A stretch of 64,000 nt of DNA from an uncultured Collinsella sp. (lineage in GTDB: Bacteria > Actinomycetota > Coriobacteriia > Coriobacteriales > Coriobacteriaceae): positions 10,612-74,611 of the forward strand of contig UQUG01000001.1 in assembly GCA_900544205.1 (NCBI GenBank), given 5' to 3'. A program made the position numbers and the translations under genes. This document shows, piece after piece, positions 26,099 to 35,869 of this stretch. Position 1 is the first letter of the stretch. Every line of letters starts with the position of its first letter. The notes under the pieces were generated by a model. That model did not search any database, was not told the origin of the DNA, and saw nothing but the letters and a program-made list of their open reading frames with translations.

Positions 26099-27172
26099 AT
26101 GGCAGATTTCGCGAACGTCCAACCGGACGAGTACAAGCTCCTCGGCTGCAACTTCTCGGCGGGACGACCCTTCGGCATCAAGGGCGTCACGATCCACCAT
26201 ATGGCGGGTGACCTCAATGCGGCCCAGTGCAACAGCATCTGGGCCGCCAACGGCTGCTCTGCCCACTACTCGGTCGACCGCAACGGCTACATCGTGCAGC
26301 ACGTCAACGACACCGACCGCGCCTACGCTTGCGGCGACGGCATCGGCACGGGCGGCGGTAACGACACGACCATCAGCATCGAACACGCCAACAGCGCGCG
26401 CGGCCCGTGGACGGTTCACGAGGCCGCCATCGAGAGCGGTGCGCACCTCGTGGCGGCGCTGTGCCTGTACTACGGGCTGGGCCGCCCGGCATGGATGGTG
26501 AACGTGTTCCCGCACAAGCACTGGTCGTCCACGGCCTGCCCCGGCGAGCTGGCTGGCTCGCAGCGCGACCACTACATGCAGCGCGCCGTCGAGTGGTACG
26601 ACGCGATGGTCGGCGGCACGCAGCCGTCCGCGCCGACTGTGCAGCCCGCGGCGACCCCCGCTGCGCCTTCGGCGTCGCAGGGCGCGCCGGGCGGTTTCCC
26701 TCGCTCCACTGGCGCCCGTGTTCCCGTACACTACTCGCTGCACCTCAAGGGTGGCGGCTGGCTGGACGAGGTGACTGACTTCGGTGCCGGCGACGACGGC
26801 TTCGCGGGCTACCCGTGCCGACAGCATGACCTCCTTTGCGCCCGAGTTGATCGCGGTACGCTCAAGTATCAGGTCCACACCGTCGAGGACGGCTGGCTCG
26901 ACTGGGTTGCCAAGGGCGACCGCAACGACACCGTAAACGGCTGCGCCGGTATCGCCGGTCATACCATCGACGGCGTGCGCATGTACTACGTGACGCCGAG
27001 CGGCGAGGAGTGCAAGCAGGCGTGGTACCGCTCCCAGACCACTGCGCGCGCCGGATGGCTGAACACCGTGTGCGACGACGGCTCTACCTATAGCGGCGAC
27101 GACTACGCCGGTATCTACGGCGAGCCGCTCGACCGTCTGCAGGTCTGCGTCACCGACGGGGTGCCGTGGTAA
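26099..27172 (+). CDS. Endolysin: N-acetylmuramoyl-L-alanine amidase (PGRP/Amidase_2) with C-terminal cell-wall-binding domain
   Basis: Amidase_2 motifs (GVTIHHMAG...HYSVDRNGYIVQ...HKHWSSTACPG). Confidence 0.85.
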   Translation: MADFANVQPDEYKLLGCNFSAGRPFGIKGVTIHHMAGDLNAAQCNSIWAANGCSAHYSVDRNGYIVQHVNDTDRAYACGDGIGTGGGNDTTISIEHANSARGPWTVHEAAIESGAHLVAALCLYYGLGRPAWMVNVFPHKHWSSTACPGELAGSQRDHYMQRAVEWYDAMVGGTQPSAPTVQPAATPAAPSASQGAPGGFPRSTGARVPVHYSLHLKGGGWLDEVTDFGAGDDGFAGYPCRQHDLLCARVDRGTLKYQVHTVEDGWLDWVAKGDRNDTVNGCAGIAGHTIDGVRMYYVTPSGEECKQAWYRSQTTARAGWLNTVCDDGSTYSGDDYAGIYGEPLDRLQVCVTDGVPW

Positions 27173-27273
27173 TGGCTTTCGTCATGGGCGCGGCGCTCGG
27201 CGCGATTTTGGGCAGCTTCGTCACGGTTGTCGCGCTCGCCCTGATCTGGGGCGGGAGCGACCGCGGGCGATAA
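27172..27273 (+). CDS. Small single-TM peptide (33 aa)
   Basis: ATG overlaps the amidase TAA. MAFVMGAALGAILGSFVTVVALALIWGGSDRGR. Confidence 0.3.
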   Translation: MAFVMGAALGAILGSFVTVVALALIWGGSDRGR

Positions 27274-27279
27274 CAGCAA

Positions 27280-27319
27280 AAGGGGCCGTGGCGGTTCGTC
27301 GCCACGGCCCCTTTCTCGT
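27280..27319 (+). terminator. Intrinsic terminator at the prophage right end
   Basis: GGGGCCGTGGCG-GTTCGTC-GCCACGGCCCC followed by TTTCTCGT. Confidence 0.55.
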
Positions 27320-27433
27320 ATCCCTCGAATATCCCAAGTGGGCGTAAAACCCTAAGTACGGTCAGTGTGTTGCGGTACGTTCAGCGTGTTTTGCCTGTTG
27401 GTCAGCATCAATAGCGAGCTGCGGCAAACTGTC

Positions 27434-28264
27434 TCAGTACTGCCACATGTGATTGACGGGGCCGGAACCTTTGCCCATGTCAAAGCCGGCGGCGAGGGCG
27501 CCCGTTAGGTAGGCCTTGCCCGCGTTGACGGCGTCGGCAAGATCCATGCCCTGCGCCAGCGCGCAGGCGATGGCGGACGAGAGCGTGCAACCGGTGCCGT
27601 GTGTGTTGTCGGTCTCGATGCGCTTGTGGCGGAACCACGTGGTGAGTGGATCTCCCAGATGGTTGCCCTCGTCATCGAGTGGCGCGGGTTCGGCCAGTAC
27701 ATCGTTGGCCTCGTTGACAAGATGCCCACCCTTAACGAGGGATGCGCAACCAAAGCGGCGGGTGAGGAGCATGGCAGCATTTTGCTGCGTGCGCTCGGAG
27801 TCGACCTCGTAGTCGAGCAGGGCCATGGCCTCGGGAATATTGGGCGTGATAACCGTCGCTAGCGGGAACAGGCGGCGGGTGAGCGCCTCGGCGGCATCTT
27901 CGGCAATCAGCCGTGCGCCCGAGGTGGCTACCATGACGGGGTCGACTACCACGTTTGTCGCGTTCCAAGCGCTCAAGCGGTCGGCGATAACCTCGATAAT
28001 CTCGGCAGAGGAAACCATGCCAATCTTGACGGCGTTGGGGCGGATATCGTCAAAAACGGCATCGATCTGTGCCGCGACAATATCCGGGGAGATGTTCTGC
28101 ACGGCGGTGACGCCCAGGGTGTTCTGTGCGGTGATAGCGGTGATGGCCGTCTCGGCATACAGGCGGTGCGCCGTGATGGTCTTGATGTCGGCCTGAATGC
28201 CGGCGCCACCGCTGGAATCGGATCCTGCGATGGATAGAACGGCAGGTACCTTACTGCGATCCAT
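27434..28264 (-). CDS. thiD: Hydroxymethylpyrimidine/phosphomethylpyrimidine kinase
   Basis: SIAGSDSSGGAGIQADIKTITA... ThiD/PdxK family, 276 aa. Confidence 0.85.
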   Translation of the reverse strand: MDRSKVPAVLSIAGSDSSGGAGIQADIKTITAHRLYAETAITAITAQNTLGVTAVQNISPDIVAAQIDAVFDDIRPNAVKIGMVSSAEIIEVIADRLSAWNATNVVVDPVMVATSGARLIAEDAAEALTRRLFPLATVITPNIPEAMALLDYEVDSERTQQNAAMLLTRRFGCASLVKGGHLVNEANDVLAEPAPLDDEGNHLGDPLTTWFRHKRIETDNTHGTGCTLSSAIACALAQGMDLADAVNAGKAYLTGALAAGFDMGKGSGPVNHMWQY

Positions 28265-28446
28265 GTTCGCTCCCTTGTTCGGTCGGAATCAAATGGGTCT
28301 ATAAGCCAGCATTATAAAGATGCCCGGGCCGACTCTATGTCGAACCCGGGCGGGCGATGCAATCTTTACGCAAATGCAAGCAAATGTTCACACGTCAACA
28401 ATTGACAGGCACCAGCTCGCCGCCAGAAGCGGCCGCGGCGACAGGG

Positions 28447-29781
28447 TTAGTCCTCCATGCCGAGGTCGATCGTGGTGCCCTCGAAGATCTTGTTGACGGT
28501 GCGGACGGCGCACATCTTGCCACACATGGTGCAAGTGCCCTCGGTGGCGGCGGGGGACTCCTCGTAGCGCTTCTTGCCCGTAACCGGGTCGAGCGCGCAC
28601 TTCCACATGGCGTCCCAGTCGAGCTTGCGGCGTGCCTGGCCCATCTTGTCGTCCATGTCGCGGGCGTGGGGCACCTTTTTGGCGATGTCGGCGGCGTGTG
28701 CGGCAATCTTGGTGGCCATGAGGCCGTCGAGCACGTCCTGGGCGTTGGGCAGGCACAAGTGCTCGGCCGGCGTCACGTAGCACAGGAAGTCGGCGCCGGA
28801 GCTGGCGGAGATAGCGCCGCCGATGGCAGCGGTGATGTGGTCGTAGCCCACGCCGATATCGGTCACCAGCGGCCCGAGCACATAGAACGGGGCGTTGTGG
28901 CACAGGCGCTTCTGCAGTTTCATGTTGGCGGCGATCTCGTCGAGCGCCATGTGGCCCGGACCCTCGACCATAACCTGGACGCCGGCGGCCCATGCGCGCT
29001 TGCACAGCTTGCCCAGCTCGATCATCTCGGCGGTCTCGGTGGCGTCGTTGGAGTCGTAGAGGCAGCCCGGGCGACAGGAGTCGCCGAGCGAAATCGTCAC
29101 GTCGTACTCGTGGCAGATTTCGAGCAGCTCGTCGTAGAACTCATAGAACGGGTTCTCGTTACCGGTGACCTCCATCCAGCCAAACAGCAGCGAGCCGCCG
29201 CGGCTCACGATGTTCATGAGGCGGCCGGTCTCCTTAAAGGTCTTTGTGACCGACTTGTTGATGCCGCAGTGGATGGTCATAAAGTCCACGCCGTCCTCGG
29301 CGTGCGCGCGCACGACCTCGAACAGGTCGTCCTTGGTAAGCTTGACCAGCGGCTTTTCCATGTAGCCGATGGCGTCGTACATGGGGACGGTACCTACCAT
29401 GAGCGGCGTCTCGTCGATGAGCTGCTGGCGGAACTGGCGCGTCTTGCCCGAGTTGGAGAGGTCCATGATGGCGTCGGCGCCAAAGTCCTCGGCGATCTTG
29501 ACCTTCTTCCATTCCTCGGCGGCATCGGCCTTGTCGCCCGAGATGCCCAAGTTCACGTTGACCTTGGTGGACAGGCCCTCACCGACGCCAAAGGCGCGCA
29601 TGCCTTTTTTGATGTGCACGATGTTGGCAGGAATGGCGATGCGGCCGTCGGCCACGCGCTCGCGGATGTACTCGGGGTCGCGATGCTCGCGCTCGGCGAC
29701 CTCCTTCATCTGCGGTGTGATCTGCCCGGCGCGGGCGAAGTCGATTTGCGTGACGAGCTTGGGCTCGGTCTGTGTGCTCAT
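28447..29781 (-). CDS. thiC: Phosphomethylpyrimidine synthase
   Basis: ThiC family throughout. C-terminal CTMCGKMC. Start set at the second Met (MSTQTEPK), because the upstream AUG lies inside the TPP aptamer. Confidence 0.9.
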   Translation of the reverse strand: MSTQTEPKLVTQIDFARAGQITPQMKEVAEREHRDPEYIRERVADGRIAIPANIVHIKKGMRAFGVGEGLSTKVNVNLGISGDKADAAEEWKKVKIAEDFGADAIMDLSNSGKTRQFRQQLIDETPLMVGTVPMYDAIGYMEKPLVKLTKDDLFEVVRAHAEDGVDFMTIHCGINKSVTKTFKETGRLMNIVSRGGSLLFGWMEVTGNENPFYEFYDELLEICHEYDVTISLGDSCRPGCLYDSNDATETAEMIELGKLCKRAWAAGVQVMVEGPGHMALDEIAANMKLQKRLCHNAPFYVLGPLVTDIGVGYDHITAAIGGAISASSGADFLCYVTPAEHLCLPNAQDVLDGLMATKIAAHAADIAKKVPHARDMDDKMGQARRKLDWDAMWKCALDPVTGKKRYEESPAATEGTCTMCGKMCAVRTVNKIFEGTTIDLGMED

Positions 29782-29789
29782 TGGCACGG

Positions 29790-29895
29790 CTCCCTTCGTT
29801 GGCATTACCCATATCAGGTTTGCGGGTCAGGGCGGGCGCGCCCAATCTCAGCCTGCCGTCTTGTCCTGCAAGCCCCCCGTTTATGTAATGGGCTC
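29790..29895 (-). ncRNA. TPP (THI-box) riboswitch
   Basis: Minus-strand sequence ...GGGGGCTTGCAGG...GGCTGAGATTGGGCGCGCCCGCCCTGACCCGCAAACCTGATATGGGTAATGCCAACGAAGGGAGCC carries the CUGAGA and ACCUGAU..GGNUAAUGCC..GAAGGGA hallmarks. Confidence 0.8.
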
Positions 29896-29952
29896 AAGTA
29901 TAGCTCGAATGGGTACGATTGGCCTAACGAGCGTGCCTGTGGGGAGGCGAAC

Positions 29953-30468
29953 ATGGAAGACAAGCATCTATATCGAGAGACGCAATGGGATGTATCGGCC
30001 GAGGAAAGCCGTGCGCACCATGGCCTTGTCGCGATTAGTTTTGCGGTGCTTGCCGTGCTGGTGATTGCCGTTTGTATCTGGACGTTTGGTGGTCGCGGCG
30101 GCGCTGCATGGGAGTTCGAGGCTGATGATAGCCTACCGATAATGACGGTGAAGGTCGCGGGTGGCAATACCGTTGCCGCGCCGGGCGACTATTGGTATCC
30201 GCGCGATGGATTTGTCCAGCTGCAGCTGAGCGGCGGTTCCATTCCTGGTGAAGAGATCGAGCGCGTGACCTTCGATGCGTCGCTTAAGACGCTGTCGGTC
30301 GAGCTCAAAGATCAAGGGGATGTGCCCACGACGATGGATATCGCGCTGACGGAATGGCGCTTGGAGCCCCCATCGGGTGTTGCGGTGTCCGAGGTAGAGC
30401 ACGTTAAGATTACCTACCAAGATGGCTCGACAAACGAAGTTGCCAAAGCCGACGGCTTGGCGGAATAG
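29953..30468 (+). CDS. Membrane-anchored hypothetical protein (N-terminal TM, extracytoplasmic domain)
   Basis: SD GGGGAGG before the ATG. LVAISFAVLAVLVIAVCIW TM segment. 171 aa. This is the only real part of the tool's 703-aa antisense ORF. Confidence 0.5.
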   Translation: MEDKHLYRETQWDVSAEESRAHHGLVAISFAVLAVLVIAVCIWTFGGRGGAAWEFEADDSLPIMTVKVAGGNTVAAPGDYWYPRDGFVQLQLSGGSIPGEEIERVTFDASLKTLSVELKDQGDVPTTMDIALTEWRLEPPSGVAVSEVEHVKITYQDGSTNEVAKADGLAE

Positions 30469-30508
30469 ACGCCGTGCCTAGGCAGCACATTCAAAAGTAG
30501 CGGTGGTC

Positions 30509-31318
30509 CTACAAGGTCTGTTCGTTCAGGAAGACCAAAGTGTTCTTATTTGAAAGCTCGGGAAAGTGACGATAACCAACATCAAACGCGGTGAGCCCGC
30601 TTGCATCCTCGAGCTTGTTTTCTGCCATCCAGCGCACCATGGAACCACGTGCCTTTTTGCTGGCGGTCGAGCGCTGGATGGGCTTGCCGTTGCGGATGCC
30701 TTCGCCAAAGAGGCACGTGACGACCGTGGCGTCGCCCGCGAGATGGGGCAGAACGGCTTTGGCGTACTCTACGCTGGCGAGGTTGACGATCGTGGTGTTT
30801 GAGCCTGCCGGGGCGATAGCCCGCGCGAGCTTGTCGCTCCAAAACGCGTAGAGGTCTGGGGCATCGTCAACGGCGAGCTTCGCGCCCATTTCCAGCCGAT
30901 ATGGTTCCACGGCATGAAAGGGGCGAACGCACCCGTAGAGGCCAGAGAGGATCCACAGGTGGCTTTGCAGCCATGCGAGCTGCGCGGAATCCATCACCTC
31001 GGGCGCCATGCTCTGGTATTGAATGCCGTGGTAGGACATGACGGCAGGGGAGAGGTGACAGGCGAGTGCGGGATTGTCGAGATCGCCGTTTTTCAGGATG
31101 GGCCCGAACTCATGCAGGGTGTTGAGGCAAGGCCCCAGCAGTTTGTCACTCACGTTCCATAGTGCCTGCAGGCCGCCGCTGCCTTCATTCCGCTCGATAT
31201 CTAGCAGTGCGCGGTGGAGGCGAGCCGTCTCGCGCACAAAGGGTGGGATGCCCAGGACTTCAAAAGCATCTTGGGCCGCGCGCATCTGCTTGGCGGGCGA
31301 AATGATGACCTGCAGCAT
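30509..31318 (-). CDS. yaaA: Peroxide stress protein YaaA (DUF328/UPF0246)
   Basis: MLQVIISPAKQM N-terminus is typical of YaaA. SD GAGGAGAG. Confidence 0.8.
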   Translation of the reverse strand: MLQVIISPAKQMRAAQDAFEVLGIPPFVRETARLHRALLDIERNEGSGGLQALWNVSDKLLGPCLNTLHEFGPILKNGDLDNPALACHLSPAVMSYHGIQYQSMAPEVMDSAQLAWLQSHLWILSGLYGCVRPFHAVEPYRLEMGAKLAVDDAPDLYAFWSDKLARAIAPAGSNTTIVNLASVEYAKAVLPHLAGDATVVTCLFGEGIRNGKPIQRSTASKKARGSMVRWMAENKLEDASGLTAFDVGYRHFPELSNKNTLVFLNEQTL

Positions 31319-31343
31319 GGACTCTCCTCTGCCAAAAAGGAAG

Positions 31344-31408
31344 TTGCGGTGGAATACGGTCTGTTTTGGCCGTTTATGGGCCAGTTTAGTCCGTATTTCA
31401 CCGCAACT
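31344..31408. repeat. Palindromic intergenic element (GTTGCGGTGGAATACGG ... CCGTATTTCACCGCAAC), family copy A
   Basis: 17-bp inverted repeat with 1 mismatch. Shares the GTTGCGGTGAAATA core with the 34-bp palindrome at 52230-52313. Confidence 0.5.
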
Positions 31409-31421
31409 GACGAAGGGTTGG

Positions 31422-32820
31422 TTAGGCTCGCTCGATGAAGGCCTTGTAGCCGCGGTAGGCCTCGTAGATATCGGCCTTGTTGGCGACCTCCCACAGGGCG
31501 TGCATGGACAGGACGGCAACGCCGGAGTCGATGACGTTCATGCCATACTTGGCCATGATGTAGGCAATGGTGCCGCCGCCGCCCGCGTTGACGCGACCGA
31601 GCTCACAGGTCTGGAAGTCCACGCCGGCCTCGTCCATGATGTCGCGGACGAGGGCCACGTACTCGGCATCGGCGTCGTTGGAGCCGCCCTTGCCGCGGCT
31701 GCCCGTGTACTTGTTAAAGCACAGGCCGCGACCCATAAAGGCCGCGTTCTTGGTCTCGAACTTGCCGGCATAGCCCGGGTCGAAGCCGGCGGACACGTCG
31801 GAGGAGAGCATGCGGCTGCGGGCGAGTGCGCGGCGCAGGGCCAGCGGGCTATCCTCGCCGGCGAGCGTCATGATCTCGGCGACGGTGTTCTCGAAGAAGC
31901 GGCTCGTCATGCCGGTGGCACCCACGGAACCGATCTCCTCCTTGTCGACGATGAGCGTGATGCTCGTGCGCTCCACGTTGGTGACGTTGATCTGGGCGAG
32001 CATGGAGGGGTAGGCACAGACGCGGTCGTCATGGCCATAGCCCAGAATCATGGAGCGGTCGAGGCCCATGTCGCGGGCGGGGCCGGCGGGCACGACCTCG
32101 ATCTCGGCGGAGAGGAAGTCCTCCTCCTCGACGTCGTACTGCTCCTTGAGGATATCCAGGAACATCTGCTTGACGGGCTCCTTGGGGGCGTCCTTGTCGT
32201 CCTCATCGAACTTGACGGGGCGGCCGCCCACGATCACGTCGAGAATCTCGGCATCGACGGCGTCCTTGGCAGGCTTGGACATCTGCTCGCTCGAGAGGTG
32301 GATCAGCAGGTCGGAGATGGTAAAGACCGGGTCGTCCGCCTTGTCGCCGATATTGATGTCGACGGTGGTACCGTCCTTTTTGCAGATGACGCCCACGAGT
32401 GCGAGCGGGGAGGCCACCCAGTGGTAGCTCTTGACGCCACCGTAGTAGTGCGTGTCGAGGTAGGCCATGTCGCCGGCCTCGAAGGCGGGGTTCTGCTTAA
32501 GGTCTAGGCGCGGCGAGTCCACGTGGGCGCCCAGGATGTTAAAGCCCTGCTCGAGCGGGGCGTTGCCCAGGTTGACGAGCATGAGGTCCTTGCCGTGATT
32601 GGCGGCGTACACCTTGTCGCCTGCCTTGAGCTCGCGGCCTTCGGCGATCACGGTCTCCAGGTCGACGTATCCCGCCTCCTCGGCCATCTTGATGCCGGTC
32701 TTGACGCACAGGCGCTCGGTCTTGTTCTCGCTCAAAAACTGCTTATAGCCGCGGCAAAGCTCCTCGAGCTCCTCGACTTGCTGTGGCGTGTACTTTTTCC
32801 ATGCGCAGGGACGCTCCATG
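31422..32820 (-). CDS. M18-family aminopeptidase
   Basis: ILGAHVDSPRLDLK and GYGHDDRVCAY motifs. AAAGGAG SD before the ATG (MERPCAWKK). The upstream extension in the tool ORF is not coding. Confidence 0.8.
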
Positions 32821-32985
32821 ACGCAGGCTCCTTTCGGATCGATCGTGCTGGTTGATGTACCGTGAGCCATCGTATCACGCGCGGGCTCACGGTGGCGGGG
32901 GAGCTTGATGTGAGGTGGCCGCGGGGCGGGGAGCGTGTAAACTGGAGTGAGCAAACCGTGCCCAGCCCAAAGCGAGGTATTTAAT

Positions 32986-35736
32986 ATGTCTGACAAGCGC
33001 CGCACTTTTGCCGTTATCGACGGCAACTCGCTCATGCATCGCGCCTTCCACGCCGTGCCGCCGACTATGAACGCGCCGGACGGTCGCCCCACCAACGCGA
33101 TCTTCGGCTTCCTGAACATGTTTCTTAAGATGATCGATGCCTTTAACCCCGACGGCGTGGTCGTGGCGTTTGATAAGGGCAAGCCGCGCGTGCGCATGGA
33201 GATGCTGCCGCAGTATAAGGCGCAGCGCCCGCCCATGGACCCCGATCTGCATGCGCAGTTCCCTATGATCAAGGAGCTGCTCGGTGCGCTCAACGTGCCG
33301 ATTCTGCAGTCTGAGGGCTGGGAAGGCGACGATATCCTGGGAACCATGGCGCGCCTGGGTGAGGAGGCCGGCTGCGACATGCTGCTGGTGACCGGTGATC
33401 GCGATATGTATCAGCTCGTGACCGAGCACGTCAACGTGGTCTCGACCCGCAAGGGCCTGTCCGACGTGGCGATCATGACGCCCGAGAGCGTGGACGATCT
33501 GTATCACGGCATCACGCCGGCGCTCGTGCCCGACTTTTATGGTCTGAAGGGCGACACGTCCGATAACATCCCCGGCGTGCCGGGCATCGGCCCCAAAAAG
33601 GCGAGCGCGCTCATTGCGCAGTACGGTAGCCTGGACGAGGTCATCGCGCATGCCGACGAGGTCAAGGGCAAGATGGGCGAAAACCTGCGCGCACACATCG
33701 ACGATGCTCTGCTGAGCCGCAAGGTCGCGACCATCCGCACCGATGCGCCCGTTGAACTCGATTTTGAGGCGACGTCCTTCCCGGCGTATTCTGCCGATGA
33801 GGTTTCCGCGGCACTGGGTACGCTCGGCATCACCGCCATGCAGAACCGTTTCTTGGCGCTGATCGGTGACGAGGGTGGCGCTGCTGCCGCTGCTAGAACG
33901 TTTGAGATGCCCACGATTGAGCGCACCGCTGCCGGCGATGCCGAGGCGCTTGCTGACGTGGCGTCCGAGGTTTCGCGTGCGATCGAGGCGGGCGAGTGGG
34001 TCGCCACCGTGGTGGACGATGACAAGGAAGAGGGCGCGCTCTTTGGACTGACGCGCACGCTGTGGTTGGCGACGTCCAAGGGCCTCTTCGCGCTCGAGGA
34101 GGGCGACAGCTGCGCGGCGGCTGAGGTTGAGGGCTTCAACTTCGTCCACGGCGTGATTGCTGGCGTGCTCGCGCGTCTGTTTATGGAGGGTCGCGTGGCG
34201 AGCCCGGATATGAAGGTGCTGTTGCACGAGCTTTCGCCCATCGATTCTTCTGAGCCCGAGCTCATGGATCCGCTGGCAGTCGATTCTACGCGCATCTTCG
34301 ATACCGTGGTTGCCGCCTATCTGCTGGATTCCGATCGCTCCGAGTTCGATGAGGCATATCTTGCCGATACGTATCTGCAGATGGCGCTGCCTGCGGCGCG
34401 CGGCGCAGAGGGTGCCGGTGAGGACGCTCCGGCGCCTGCCGCCCGTACTGCGGCTCTGACGCTGGCGCTCGTGGCACCGTTGCGCGAGTGCATGGCCCGC
34501 GAGAATGCCGCCAACGTGTTCGATGGCATCGAGATGCCACTCGTTCCGGTACTTGCCAAGATGGAGCGCGCGGGCATGCTCGTGGACCCCGACCGTCTGC
34601 ACAGTCTGTCCGAGGGTCTGGCGACCCAGATTACCGAGGTTGAGCGCAGTATTCGCGACCTGGCGGGTGACGAGACCTTTAATATTGGCAGTCCCATGCA
34701 GCTGTCGCATGTGCTCTTTGATGTGATGGGCCTTCCGACCAAGGGTCTCAAAAAGACCAAGCGCGGTTACTATTCGACCAATGCCAAGGTACTGAGTGAT
34801 CTTGCCCGTGACCACGAGATTGTTCGTTTGATCTTAGACTGGCGCGAGAAGTCCAAGATCAAGTCAACCTATCTGGACACGTTGGGCCCGCTGCGCCGCG
34901 GTGACGGTCGTGTGCACACCACGTACAACCAGACCATCACCGCGACGGGGCGTCTGTCTTCGAGCGACCCTAATCTGCAAAACATTCCGACGCGCTCGGA
35001 GCTGGGGCGTACCGTCAAGACGGCGTTTTCGGCAGGCGAGGGAAGCGTTTTTTTGGCGGTGGACTACTCGCAGATCGAGCTGCGTCTGCTGGCACATCTC
35101 TCGGGTGACGAGCACTTGGTGCGCGCCTTTAACGAGGGCGAGGACTTCCATGCCGAGACGGCGGCGCGCGTGTTTGGTGTGCCGGTGTCCGAGGTAACGC
35201 CCGACCTGCGCAGTCGCGCCAAGGCCGTGAACTTTGGCATCGTGTATGGCCAGCAGGCCTACGGCCTGTCGCAGTCGCTGCATATCTCGATGGCCGAGGC
35301 GCGCGACATGATCGACCGCTACTACGAGGCCTACCCGGGCGTGCGTACGTTCCTCGACAACGTGGTGGCACGCGCCAAGCAGACGGGCTACGCCGAGACC
35401 ATGTACGGCCGCCGTCGTCATATTCCGGAGCTCAAGGCCAAAAACCCGCAACTCCGCGGCTTTGGCGAGCGCACGGCCATGAACCATCCCATGCAGGGCA
35501 CCGCAGCAGACATCATCAAGATCGCCATGGTCCGCGTAAGTCGTCGCCTGGAAGAAGAAGGCTTTGCCGCCCACATGATCTTGCAGGTACACGACGAACT
35601 GGACTTTGAGTGCCCCGTCGACGAAGTCGAGCGCCTAACCACCATGGTCCGCGACGTCATGGAACACGTAGTAGACCTCCACGTCCCCCTAATCGCCGAA
35701 GCCAGCACCGGCATAACCTGGGCCGACGCCAAATAG
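32986..35736 (+). CDS. polA: DNA polymerase I
   Basis: 5'-3' exonuclease N-terminus (FAVIDGNSLMHRAFHA), polymerase motifs (DYSQIELR, RRxAKxxNFGxxYG, VHDEL), 916 aa. Confidence 0.9.
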   Translation: MSDKRRTFAVIDGNSLMHRAFHAVPPTMNAPDGRPTNAIFGFLNMFLKMIDAFNPDGVVVAFDKGKPRVRMEMLPQYKAQRPPMDPDLHAQFPMIKELLGALNVPILQSEGWEGDDILGTMARLGEEAGCDMLLVTGDRDMYQLVTEHVNVVSTRKGLSDVAIMTPESVDDLYHGITPALVPDFYGLKGDTSDNIPGVPGIGPKKASALIAQYGSLDEVIAHADEVKGKMGENLRAHIDDALLSRKVATIRTDAPVELDFEATSFPAYSADEVSAALGTLGITAMQNRFLALIGDEGGAAAAARTFEMPTIERTAAGDAEALADVASEVSRAIEAGEWVATVVDDDKEEGALFGLTRTLWLATSKGLFALEEGDSCAAAEVEGFNFVHGVIAGVLARLFMEGRVASPDMKVLLHELSPIDSSEPELMDPLAVDSTRIFDTVVAAYLLDSDRSEFDEAYLADTYLQMALPAARGAEGAGEDAPAPAARTAALTLALVAPLRECMARENAANVFDGIEMPLVPVLAKMERAGMLVDPDRLHSLSEGLATQITEVERSIRDLAGDETFNIGSPMQLSHVLFDVMGLPTKGLKKTKRGYYSTNAKVLSDLARDHEIVRLILDWREKSKIKSTYLDTLGPLRRGDGRVHTTYNQTITATGRLSSSDPNLQNIPTRSELGRTVKTAFSAGEGSVFLAVDYSQIELRLLAHLSGDEHLVRAFNEGEDFHAETAARVFGVPVSEVTPDLRSRAKAVNFGIVYGQQAYGLSQSLHISMAEARDMIDRYYEAYPGVRTFLDNVVARAKQTGYAETMYGRRRHIPELKAKNPQLRGFGERTAMNHPMQGTAADIIKIAMVRVSRRLEEEGFAAHMILQVHDELDFECPVDEVERLTTMVRDVMEHVVDLHVPLIAEASTGITWADAK

Positions 35737-35769
35737 GGAAGTGCCCACAACCCTAAAGTAACCAAACCA

Positions 35770-35804
35770 GAAGGGGGCTCCTTGCCAACAAGGAGCCCCC
35801 TTCG
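35770..35804. terminator. Hairpin terminator after polA
   Basis: GAAGGGGGCTCCTTG-CCAACA-AGGAGCCCCCTTC. Confidence 0.5.
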
Positions 35805-35869
35805 TTCAATTAAATTCAGCCTAAGTATCTAGACACTCAAGACGCCATCTAGGCGGCAAACAAGTAAAC

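Larger units (their letters stand above)
1..27330 (+). mobile_element. Prophage, right-hand part (siphovirus-like; left end with integrase lies outside the window)
   Basis: Continuous + strand run of phage genes: small early ORFs, terS, terL, portal, MuF-like, scaffold, capsid, tail, tape measure, holin, amidase. Ends with a terminator at ~27280-27319 just before convergent chromosomal thiD. Confidence 0.85.

Noticed and set aside
28357-30468. 703-aa + strand ORF
   Set aside because: Antisense to thiC over most of its length; a high-GC artefact. Only the last 171 codons (29953..30468) form a plausible gene with SD and TM segment.
32821-33380. 5' extension of the 652-aa minus ORF beyond the aminopeptidase start
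   Set aside because: A strong SD (AAAGGAG) precedes the internal Met (MERPCAWKK). The extension overlaps the divergent polA promoter and start.
32887-34815. 642-aa minus-strand ORF and other long ORFs opposite polA
   Set aside because: Antisense to polA.
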